Made by a program: the position numbers and the translations under genes. The notes under the pieces were generated by a model. It had not been told where the DNA came from. It was given only the letters and a program-made list of their open reading frames with translations, and did no database searches. Shown one piece after another: positions 9,195 to 19,937 of a stretch of 26,661 bases of DNA (positions are counted from its first letter, which is position 1; each line of letters begins with the position of its first letter). The DNA is taken from positions 62,001 through 88,661 of the forward strand of contig KZ538273.1 of assembly GCA_000934665.2 (NCBI GenBank). The letters are read 5' to 3'. The stretch is from Catajapyx aquilonaris (Eukaryota).

Positions 9195-9249
9195 GATTGG
9201 CCCCCGTTCTGCGCAGGCGCAATGGGGTTGGAGGCAGCGCCTCTGGTGG
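9195..9249. promoter_or_regulatory. Promoter-like motif cluster: reverse CCAAT, NRF1 site, CTCF-like motif
   Basis: GATTGG at 9195-9200; TGCGCAGGCGCA at 9210-9221 (NRF1/EWG-type site); CCACCAGAGGCGCTG on the minus strand at 9235-9249. Locally GC/CpG-rich. Confidence 0.35.
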
Positions 9250-10334
9250 GTAGGAGAAGGAACCATCCATTTGTTCCCTATCGGCGGGAGGGTCTACATC
9301 GCTCCCCCCTACCCCCACCCAGTGAGCGAATAAAGGGTACGGTATTATTATTATCCATCTCCATATCTACCCATAATCTTATCCGGACCATATCACTGGT
9401 CCCTTACTGTTCCTTCCAATTGTTGCACGTAACGACCAATCACACTTCAGGACCTCAGATCTTGAGGTTTTCATCCACCTAGAGCTAGATGGGGTTATGT
9501 ACTACGGTCCACTTTTGTCACGCTCCCCAATTATGATTAAAGCTGTCTGTGAGCCGAATGTGAGGAAGGTAAAATGGGGCCATTCCCTCCCCCACCACCC
9601 CCCACCACCTCCTCCCTCCTTCTGTCCAAGATTAGACAGCGTCCCTCCAGAGGACTCTGGTCCCTGTCCCTTTTCCGGCCCAGAGAACGAACTGCCCCCT
9701 AGGCGACCGTTTGGAGTGTCTCGGGATAATCCTAATCATGATTTGTACCCTTCCTCCCCATCCTTGTGTGTCCGGGACTGTTTACTGTCCCAGGGTCCGG
9801 CCTGACATAACTTTTGTCCCAAGCGGACGTTTCCGCTTCCGACCATTCAGAGCGACGGGCCGCAGACCAATTGCCTTTCGGAGGTTCCAAATCTAAAGTA
9901 ACGTCACCCCAGGTGCCTTCCTCGCCCACCAATCTCGGGGATCTTTAACACTCCGAACAGCCACAGTGCCCCCCTCACTTTCTCACACTCTTGGAGATAA
10001 GGAGGTGATGGGACTTATAAATAGAGAGGAGACGATTGGAAATAGGGCTATCAAAAGGGCGGTCAACGATGAAAATTATCGATACTCGCTAATGTAATTT
10101 AAGAATAGCAATAAAATCAGGCAAATAGCGGCAGAGAGTAGAAATTCACATTTTTTTACTCATTAAAATATTAACTGCTGAAATGAGGCCGAATAACAGC
10201 TATGCGATGGTAGATTGTGATACTAGGAGCACCATTACGTATCATATTATTTATTTGTTCGTCCTTTTGCTTGTTTGTTGGTTTATTAGTTTAGTTAGTT
10301 TGTTGGTTACTAGTTTATTAGCTTAGTAGTTAGA

Positions 10335-10640
10335 TTTTTATTATTTTTATTATGTATGAGTTAATTTACGATTTTCATTATTTTTATTAATGTATTAGTA
10401 AATTTAGGATTTTCATTATTTTTATTAGTGTATTAGTAAATTTAGGATTTTCATTATTTTTATTATGAGTTAATTTATGATTTTCATTATTTTTATTATG
10501 AGTTAATTTATGATTTTCATTATTTTTATTATGAATTAATTTATGATTTTCATTATTTTTATTATGAGTTAATTTATGATTTTCCTTATTTTTATTATGT
10601 ATGAGTTAATTTATGATTTTCATTATTTTTATTAATGTAT
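10335..10640. repeat. 33-bp AT-rich minisatellite
   Basis: Unit ATGAGTTAATTTATGATTTTCATTATTTTTATT starts at 10465, 10498, 10531 and 10564, with longer variants on both sides. Confidence 0.9.
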
Positions 10641-11609
10641 TAGTTATTGTTTTCATGATATATTAGTTAATTTGGTGTTATTATGTATTTGTTTATTAGT
10701 TTTCTGTTTTTATTATTTGATGTTTTTAAGTTTATAGATTCGTCTTTGTAGTTTTTTATTAAGTAGCTCATTACTCTCATTAGTTTTTTCGTTTGCTGAT
10801 ATGTTTATTTTAATATTAGTTATAATTTGTTTGTTTCATCTTAATTTAGTCGGTTCCATCATTTTTCTCTCCCATCCCTGTCCTTGCCGCAATATGACGC
10901 CAGCTTCCCAAAATTTAAAGGATCTTCCAGGGGTTTATTAATGTGACAAAAATTATTTATCTAAAATTTGGTCCCCCTTCGAGCCAACACGTATCGCGCG
11001 CCATCTGCTGAATACCTTCTCTCTTCTCTCTTCTTCTTCTTCTTTTTGTCCTCAGAAGAAAAGAGACGTGGTCCCAGCCGCGTCTCGCTAGTGCCGAAAC
11101 GTGCCTCACAGTCCCAAGTGCGCTATTGGACGACTTAATGAACTCAAATGACCACGGAGGAAAAGACGAAGAATGTCGCCATTGTTGATTCCACACCATG
11201 CTCCTCATCAAAATGGGGCAATTTTTTGGTAAAAAAAAATAGTTAATAATTGTACAGATATTATGCTTTTGGCGTAAATGTGACAAAGAGGCGGGGGTTG
11301 CTAGGGGTTGACACGAGTCCGAGTTTCTATGGATGTCCGGTTGACTCTATGGGGATAAATGGCCGTCTGATGCGAACCGTGGGCTTCAAAGTTAGCAAAC
11401 AGGCAATTTCTGCGAATTCGAAGTGAATGGGTAGGGACCCGGTTTCAGGAATAGAACTCCCGTTTGTCCACGTTCCGCTTTCAAAAGGCCAAGTTCCGCG
11501 ACCTCTACCTTTTGGGGAGAAGCTATTCAGGTGAGACGAATCAAAAGGGGGCAATCAAGTGAGATGGTCTGATGATATACGAACGGAGATAACTATCATG
11601 GAAGGTTAT

Positions 11610-12047
11610 GGACGAAATAACCGAACTGGACCTAACCTAACCAAAACTAACAGAACAGAAACGAAACACAGCGAAACGAACTTTGCCGAATCGAAACTAA
11701 CCAAAACGAAACGAACCAAAACGAAACGAAACGAAACGAAACAAAACGAGGCAAATCGAAACGAAACGAGACTACCGAACCGAACATATCCGAAACGAAA
11801 CGAACCAAAATGAAACGAAACCAGAACGAAACGAAACCAGAACGAAACGAAACGAACCAAAATGAAACGAAACGAAACGAGCCAAATCGAAACGAAACGA
11901 GGCTACCGAACCGAACCAAAACGAAGCGTTACAAAACGAAATAACCCGGAACAAATAAAAACGAACCGAGTTACGTTAGCCGAACCGAAACGATCAAAAC
12001 TAAACAAAACGAAAAGGGACGAATCGAAACTAACCGAACCTAACCTG
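11610..12047 (+). repeat. Degenerate (AAACG)n pentanucleotide microsatellite
   Basis: Long runs of AAACG with AACCG/AACCA/AATCG variants. It explains the FRFVS and KRNET ORFs in the track. Confidence 0.95.
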
Positions 12048-12639
12048 ACAGTGATCCTACCGGTCTCATTAATCACTATCGACACTTTGTGAATTAGCAT
12101 CAGCCCAATCGCACTTTTTCCCTCCCTTTAAACGCTTCCCCGGAAGCATATATCCAACCAGGCTATTAATTTAGAATTGATCGCCCCCCCCCCTCCCCAA
12201 CTTGATCCTCCCTCCCTCCCCTCCTCCCACCCCTTCCGTACTAATAATTCGTCTCCTGCTGCAAAGTAATAATATATCAAAGCCTTATTACATCATGTCG
12301 GGCCAGGGTCGGATTAAGTCAGATTTAAAATTGCGTTTGGGTCTTAATTACAGTCTGCGCCATTCACTTTGAGGCTAACTGCTTTGAAGCCCCTCACCTT
12401 TCCTCTGAGGCTATATTAGCTACCTGCTGTGTTTCCGCACCTGTCGATCAAATGTGTTGATCAGATTTGCAGAGAGTTTTTTTTAAAGTGAGGGATAATT
12501 AGCAATTACGGACAGCAAACATTACGGTCTGGATGATCGCAATTGCCTTAGTTGACTGCTACTCTATAGAGCTGTTAATTATAAATGGAAGCGCGTTCAG
12601 GTCATTCCGGAGATGACTGTCTTAATAGAGAAATTAGAG

Positions 12640-13130
12640 TAAATAAATAGCTATTCGTAGATAAATAATATTAAACAACTACACAAATAACGTTTATGGC
12701 TAAAACTAATAGCTAAAATAAATCATAAATGGCTATTTGTAGCTAAATAGGAATGAAATAGCTAAAAATAAAGAGCTATTTGTAGCTAAATAAGTAGAAA
12801 AGTAAATAATTAAACAAATAATAATTAAAATAAATACGTACATAAACAAATAGTTAAATAAATGTACATAACTTTTCGTAGCTTTATGAATAAAATTGAA
12901 CAGTTAACAATAAACAGTTGAAATGAAGAAATTAATATTTATTTGCAGCTAAGTAAATAGCAAATTAAATAACTAAACAAATAGCTCAAATAAACAGCTC
13001 AATCAACATAATATAGCTCAAATAATCAGTTAAGTCAACAAAGAGCTCAAATAAACAGCTAAGTCAACACATAGCTGAAATAAACAGCTGAAAACCTCAA
13101 AAAGCTAAAATGGTGAAATAAATAAATAGC
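12640..13130. repeat. A-rich degenerate repeat with AAATAGCT / CAGCT core
   Basis: Recurring GCTATTTGTAGCTAAATA and TAGCTCAAATAAACAGCT segments. Confidence 0.7.
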
Positions 13131-13148
13131 ATTAGACCCAAAAGTGAC

Positions 13149-13283
13149 AAGAAGGGGTGTGATTATGCGTCATATTTCCCACCCCATAATAAATTTGTCT
13201 TCGTTTTATTTAAGTTCGGTTCGGTTCGTTTTGGTAGCATCAAGAAGGGTTGTGATTACGCATCATATTTCCAACCCCCATAA
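13149..13283 (+). repeat. Direct repeat pair (~42 bp) separated by ~50 bp
   Basis: AAGAAGGGGTGTGATTATGCGTCATATTTCCCACCCCATAAT (13149-13190) vs AAGAAGGGTTGTGATTACGCATCATATTTCCAACCCCCATAAT (from 13243). Confidence 0.8.
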
Positions 13284-14153
13284 TTCATCTTCCGATTTGC
13301 AAAAACACCGTATCTGATATCCCCCCTTGTCTTTCGCACCCGCTTAATTCCCACCCTGCTAAAACTTCACCCCCGCATAAAAAATCCGGGCTTAGTGTAC
13401 TTAGAGTCAGGCCGATTCAGCATAACAAGATGAGCATAACAAGCATATCATTACATGTCCCCCCCCCCCCTCTATTTTTGGGGGGGTATCCACCCACTGC
13501 CACCCACCCCCCTAAAAAAAAAGAGCCGACAAAAGCCCTCCCCCTATGCCACCCATGGTATCGATTTCTGGCCTTCGTCCCACATTCTCGTCCATGCTCA
13601 TAATTGTTATGAAATACCGGGAGGGGGGGGGGGGTAGCAGGACACTGGTTCGAATCCGGTCCCCACATGAATTATACGGGTGGCCATTATTGATGTCACA
13701 TATTCAGGTTGGAACTACATGCATTTAAATCATGTGTTAAAAGGGTCCCCAATTGTTTTTTCGAGGCCCTCAGTATTTCACGTTTGGTCAGCAGTGTCCA
13801 CTCGGATATGACGTCACCCATTTTTAAAATAAAACGATAGTTTTTTTAAAAAAATATAAAGCTTTTTTACGGAAGTTCTGGTACGGGCTGATAAGAAGGC
13901 TAGATTTCCATTTTTATTGTGCGGGTAAGGGTATTAGCAGTCTTTGGAGGAAGAACCTGAGCCGTTTGGGTGAATATTTTAAGAAATTTTCGGTGGCCTC
14001 AAGTTTGGTTACACACGAGGGAGATTGGAAAGGTGTTAACAAAGCAGTTAGCGATTTAATAGCAGTCTCAAATCTAGTAGCAGGACTGCTAAAAGAGCAA
14101 TTAATAGTATAGCAGCAAACCTGGCGAAATAGCGGATAACTGATAACAGGACT

Positions 14154-14380
14154 GTTCCAATAGCAGCTAAGAGCGGACATGTTCAAATAACAGCTAAGAG
14201 CAGACCTGTTCAAATAACAGCTAAGAGCAGACCTGTTCAAATAACAGCTAAGAGCAGACCTGTTCAAATAACAGCTAAGAGCAGACCTGTTCAAATAACA
14301 GCTAAGAGCAGACCTGTTCAAATAACAGCTAAGAGCAGACCTGTTCATATAACAGCTAAGAGCAGACCTGTTCAAATAAC
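14154..14380. repeat. 27-bp minisatellite, ~8.5 near-identical copies
   Basis: Unit GTTCAAATAACAGCTAAGAGCAGACCT at 14181, 14208, 14235 ... 14370. It explains the LSCYLNRSA ORF. Confidence 0.95.
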
Positions 14381-14611
14381 AATAGCAGAACTTGAAATGA
14401 CGGTTACTAGCAGACATGGTAGCCTACTGTTAATAGTCCAGTAACATAACTGTTATAATAGCAGTTGAAAGCAGTCTGGTAAAATAACTTAATAGTGGCC
14501 ACATTAAATAAGTAGTCAATATTCGAGTAGCATAATGTTAAAATAGCAGTTGATAGCAGAACTATGAAAACAACGGTTAATAGCGGACATGTTAATATAA
14601 CATTGAATTGT

Positions 14612-14822
14612 AGAACTGTTAGAACAACAGATAATTCCAGAACTGTTAGAACAACAGATAATTGCAGAAATATTAGAACAACAGATAATAACAGAACTGT
14701 TAAATTAACAGATAACAGAACTATTAAATTAACAGATAACAGAACTGTTAAATTAACAGATAACAGAACTATTAAATTAACAGATAACAGAACTGTTAAA
14801 TTAACAGACAACAGAACTTAAA
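14612..14822. repeat. 27-bp (x3) then 24-bp (x5) minisatellite
   Basis: AGAACTGTTAGAACAACAGATAATTSC x3, followed by AGAACTRTTAAATTAACAGATAAC x5 with alternating G/A variants. Confidence 0.9.
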
Positions 14823-15121
14823 TTACCGTAACAGTTAAGAGCCGATCTGTTCAACTAGTAGCTAATATTAAAACTATTCAACAACAGATAATAGAACTCT
14901 TAAAATAACGGTTAATAGCGGACATGTTAAGTAACCGTTAATAGTCGAGTAGCATAACTGTCATAATAGCAGTTGATAGTAGTCTGGTAAAACTGTTAAT
15001 CGAGGCCATGTTAAATTAGTACCGGTAGTCAATATTCGAGTAGCATCTGTTAAAGTAGCAGTTGATAGCATAACTAAAAACAAATCTGTTAATAGCGGAC
15101 ATGTTAAAATAGCATTTAACT

Positions 15122-15212
15122 GCAGAACTGTTAAATGGTACTTAATAGCAGAACTGTTAAGTGGTACTTAATAGCAGAACTGTTAAGTGGTACTTAATAG
15201 CAGCACTGTTAA
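15122..15212. repeat. 26-bp minisatellite, ~3.5 copies
   Basis: GCAGAACTGTTAAGTGGTACTTAATA at 15122, 15148, 15174 and 15200. Confidence 0.9.
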
Positions 15213-16065
15213 AATAACATAATAACAGAACAGTTAAATAACGGCTAATAGCAGGCATGTTGAAGTAGCAGTTAATAGTCGAGTAACAAGACTGTTATAA
15301 TAGCAGTTTACATCAGAACTGTTGAAGCGACTGTTAATAGCATGTGTGTTAAACATGAGTTTTTTTAATTGCCCCGTGATGACCTGTTGGGTCTATAGGG
15401 GGGTGGATTACCACCATTGGAAGGATAGGTCTTTTGCCTATTATTGAATACGCCCGGACCCACGGGGAGGGAAACTAGGAGGGGATGTGCAAAGTGCATG
15501 TGCAATATCTTTGATTTTCCGTTTTGTGGACTCCCCCGGGTGGCTTAGTTGAAAGGATCGCCACCCAAGACGAAGCCACAAACATGAGTTAATCATCTAG
15601 TAGTACAACCGTTAAAGAAGCAGTTAATAAAACTGTTAAATGTCACTGCTGACGTGAGGGGTGTGAATTGTCTGTGGATGTCACTGTGGGTAGAATTCCA
15701 TAGAATATCCTTGATGGAGTCAGCATTGTTGCCAGGTCCAAATGAGGCGTTCCAGTATAGTTGTTCTGACAGAAAGAGGGCAATGCATAGCACAGCAGGA
15801 TCTTCATCTCCGGGAGGGGGAAGTTTTGCAAGGCCCATGGACATGAACAATGGCCTCTGAGCAGACCGGATGCTCATTTTTATTTTTCTTCTTCCTTCCC
15901 CTCCCTACCCCCAGAGGGAGAGGGGGTAGGATGTTTCCAGTTGCACACTCCGGGGATCAGGAAGAGGATCCCGGACGCAGCCAAACTTGGCCGGAAATGG
16001 AGGAGGACGACCAAGGCAGCACACTGGCTTAACAAGCCATGAACTATCATGGGAGAAAAAAAATT

Positions 16066-16417
16066 GGTATTTCCAACCGACGATGTCTAGTCACGTGAAG
16101 GCGCCATTTTGGAACCGGTTGGAAATATATGGTGTTCCGACTTTACGTGAGCCCCTTTTAGCATTGGGGCTTGGAAATACATGGTGTTCCGACTTCACGT
16201 GAGCCCTATCAGCATAGTGGCTTGGAAATACGACAGAAAAGTACGCCCAAATGCAGTTAGACCGTACAGTGCGGCACAATTATGCAGACCAATTGAACAT
16301 ACAGTATCACTTATGTAAAAGGACCGTCCGCATGTATTTCTCACCTCTCCAATCACGTAATCAAATGAGGACTCAGCGTACCCCATCAAATTAGAGTCTG
16401 CATGGTTGGAAATAACC
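16066..16417. mobile_element. Possible MITE remnant with TATTTCCAACC/GGTTGGAAATA inverted repeats and an internal ~52-bp tandem duplication
   Basis: TATTTCCAACCG (16068-16079) is inverted to CGGTTGGAAATA (16116-16127) and to GGTTGGAAATA near 16404. The tandem unit TTGGAAATAYATGGTGTTCCGACTTYACGTGAGCCC... starts at 16119, 16171 and 16222. Confidence 0.4.
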
Positions 16418-16820
16418 TCATTTAGAGTTCTGAAACCACCGAATTTTTAAAACCCTATAATATTAAAATTGGAAAGCACGTGCCAAATGAATCATTTAAA
16501 AACTGGACAGATTGGCACCACTGTAATTCCCCAGGGTTGACGCCGCCTAGTGTATGACTCTGCACATTAATCCGGCCAAAAAATTAACGCATGTAATGAA
16601 CACTGGGCTTTTTTTTGTGTGTGTGTCCGGTGAGCTAGGGCAGTTTGAAGACCAAACTTTTTTTTTATGTCGCACCGACACGGGCTAATTAGACCACAGA
16701 GCTAAGCACCGGATAAATTACAACGGCTTGAAGTAACACATGCGACAATGTTGCCATTTTAAATAACGTCTGAAATTTTTTTATTTGTTAGAGAAAAAAA
16801 AATCACAATTCCACGAAATA

Positions 16821-17358
16821 TTTTGACATTCAGGACTTAACCAGTCAGTGGCAGCCGCCATTTTTGGTCCAAACAAATATGGACGAAAGTACTTCGATAT
16901 GAATGAATTAATGAACGAACGAACATAAAATAAATAAATAAATATGAAACGAATAAATAAACATGAAACGAATAAATAAATAAAAATAAAAATGAAACGA
17001 ATAAATAATATAACTTCATAGAATAAATATATAAATCAAATTAAAATTCAACGAATAAATAATATAAATAAATAAAATAAAAATAAAGAAATAAAAATTC
17101 TAAGAATAAGAATATAACATTCAAAGAATTAAAAATTAAAATTCAACGAATAAAAAATATAGAATTCAAAGAATTAAAAATTAAAATTAAACGAATAAAA
17201 AATATCGAATTCAAAGAATTAAAAATTAAAATTAAACGAATAAATAAGTAAATAAAAAACAAAACTAATAAATATATAAATATATAAATAACAGGAAGCT
17301 TTTTGACCTCCAGCAACTGCCATGGCGGTCGCCATTTTTGGTCCAAATCAAGATGGAC
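16821..17358 (+). repeat. Two ~60-bp GC-richer direct repeats bracketing an A-rich minisatellite block
   Basis: TGGCAGCCGCCATTTTTGGTCCAAACAAATATGGAC (16849-16884) vs TGGCGGTCGCCATTTTTGGTCCAAATCAAGATGGAC (17323-17358), each preceded by TTTTGAC...CAG. Between them are ATGAAACGAATAAAT repeats and a 45-bp unit (TTCAAAGAAT at 17120, 17165, 17210). Confidence 0.8.
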
Positions 17359-19937
17359 TTCGTAACCTTCACTCCTTTCTAACTTTCCTCTTCAAATATG
17401 GGTGATGACAGGTAACACCGCCATGAACTTACCCCAATTTACGCGACTTACACCCAATTGTCGTGTCCCAAGCAATCCAAACGTCAACCGGTTTTCGCAT
17501 GGACACCTATCGGCTAAAACCATTATCCCATCACGCAAACTTTTATTACAATGTCCCCCCCCCCCCCTTCCTCTCCATACTTTGCAATGGAAGCCTTTAT
17601 GACCCCCTGACTCGCACACTCCCCCCCTACTAATAAATTCCAATTGCAATTTTATCAGTCAATTTTGCTATCCATAAATAACCAAAAAGAAGTTGCATTA
17701 AAACCAGTTTTGAAGGTGGGCGGTCCAGATTGGCTCGATAAATATTTGGCCAAGGTTTTTCCCAAAGTGTTTATGTCAAGTCATAAAGTACTGTCGTGAC
17801 AAGGTCCGATCGTGACACTCTATCACACGACAGGTCCTATATATTTTTGGGGGGAGATTTTTTTTTTTTTTGGGGGGGGAGGGGTAACTCAAATCCTTAT
17901 CAAAGAAGTGATATTGCCCCGACTCCAAAGGGAATGTATAATTTCGGGTCCACAAGAAGTTGAAAATTAGAAACACTTGAGAGTGTCGTAAATCTACGAA
18001 AGGGGGGGTAAGTAGGTCGGGGGGTGGGGGGGGGGGCTGCAAATTGTAATCATACACGCTCAGGAAGAAAGTGTGTGGAGCAATATTGTTTAATGTGAGT
18101 TTCATGCCAAGGATTGTTGGGGCGCGTCACACCCATGACGGTGACTAAAAAGAAATGCTTTATGGGCTATCATACCCATGAAAAGCGCCATATATGTGGG
18201 AGGATATGGCATGGAGTAAAACTGTTTTAATATTTGAGTGTGTTATACATGCACTGAGTTAACAGAGAAAGTCCGCACATAATTAACCCGTGCGAGCCAA
18301 CATTGTGCAAATGACATATGTCAACATAGAGGTCCACTCTTTAAAAATTGTGTTGTAATTATTGATTTGGCACACATTCACATATGCATTGCGACTAAAC
18401 GAGTTTGGAGCAACAATACAAATAATTATTGCATCATACATCTGCAATAAATGACAATGAAGGGCCTTCAACTATACACTTGAAGTGCTCTCAACGTACT
18501 TTTTGGCGCATCAAAAGCCTAGTGTTGAGGTTAACCCGGGTCCTCTCAGGTCATATACCACTGACACCGCCAACAATACCCTCAACAATGACCTCCATAC
18601 CACACTTGTCACTAAACAAGCCCGTTACACAACAAATCGCGGCCATTTTGGATCAAGTTTGTGCCGCCATATTTAGTCCAGCGCCATTTCAGGTCCACTT
18701 TCTCACCTTTTTTTTCAAGTACAGGGTGAGTCAGCTAGTTATTTGGACGGCAGATGTTAATTTTGGCAACTTATTACTAGCATTCCAACATATGCCAACA
18801 CTACCCACACAACTAGGCCAAAAGTAAGACCGAATCTAAATATTGACCCCCCCCCCCCGGAAACAGTATATCTGAGTAGTTCCGGTGGATACATTTTCAA
18901 CCCTTTAAAGATCCGGCAATATTTCAGTGGAAGCAAAACATCTCCTTTGAAACCCCATGTTTTTGATCTACCATACTTTTTCTTAGTTTTCTTTTCCAAA
19001 ATGATCTTTTCAAAAAGCTTTTTCAAAACACGACTTTTGGACTAATTTTGGAGCCATTTCCAAGATGCCTTTCATCCGATGCTCGGATTCTAATTAATAA
19101 TTGCCTCCACTGCAGTCCTTAAAAGTGTCCTTAAAAGATTTTTTTAAAATAGATCGAAAAAGATGCGCGCGCATATCCGCACAAAATCTAATGCTTTAAT
19201 AGAAATTGTTTTATCAATATTTCTTTGACGAATATTCAAATGAGGTCATACCGGTTGTTTACAAATTGCGCAATTAATTATGGACCTGGTAGCCCACATC
19301 ATTGCACTTGGCCGAAAAATTTGCATGGTAATTAATATTCGGCTAGCAGTCATTGCCTAATTCAGCGTGTGTGCATACAACGCTATTTTATGCATAATAT
19401 CTCGGGAGGAAATCAGCAGAGTTATGATCCGACATTTTGCTAAAAAAAAACAACAACAACCAGAGGGTAAATCGCCAATGGTGCAAATGGTGTGTAATGT
19501 TGTGCAAAAAAGTTCGCAAATTTCTGCTAATTTGCTGAAAATTCATAGCAGCTAAGCTAAGCTTCTACTAAAAATGGCAATAACAGTTTGCAGGAGTAGC
19601 TACTGGTATGGATTAAATTAGCGAACCAGTTCGATAATTAATTCGCTTTAGTTATTAGACTAATTGTGCAGTGGTTGAGAATCTATAGCGTTTTGTAAAT
19701 TTTAATGCATAAAAATTAATTAAACAATGGTAGGCCAGCGTAAAATTGATCCAAACAAAAATTAAGAATGAATTATTATGACTAATATTAATGACATAAA
19801 TATGCACAATTATGCTCATATACTTGTATAAATTACACAGTATATTTACAAATAAATTGTGCAGTATATTTACAAATAAATTGTACACTATATTTACCAC
19901 AGTATATTCATTGATTAATATTAAATTTTTCATAAAT

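Noticed and set aside
11565..11625. Hammerhead ribozyme (CTGATGA ... CGAAA)
   Set aside because: The bases after CTGATGA do not pair with those before GAAA, so stem II cannot form.
11559..12100. Six overlapping ORFs (FRFVS / KRNET repeats)
   Set aside because: Artefacts of the stop-poor AAACG microsatellite.
12183..12236. G-quadruplex-forming C/G runs (also ~9585-9620, ~13458-13512, ~18001-18037)
   Set aside because: Homopolymer G/C runs are scattered throughout the window on both strands, and nothing singles out a functional site.
14154..14380. CRISPR-like regular repeats (also considered 25629-25877 and 16119-16230)
   Set aside because: The units are head-to-tail with no unique spacers, there are no cas genes, and the context is eukaryotic.
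13914..14821. ORFs of 167, 134 and 85 aa with repeating peptides (LSCYLNRSA, VNLTVLLS, RTVKLTDN)
   Set aside because: They are translations of 27- and 24-bp minisatellites whose unit length is a multiple of 3. No domain, splice context or codon signature is evident.
15536..15570. tRNA/SINE head (TGGCTTAGTTG A-box-like inside a GGGTGGC/GCCACCC stem)
   Set aside because: No B-box or cloverleaf follows.
18695..18732. Plus-strand recursive site (T-tract ... TACAG GGTGAGT)
   Set aside because: AG and GT are separated by an extra G and an earlier AG interrupts the tract. It is better explained as a TA-CAGGGTG MITE-like end.
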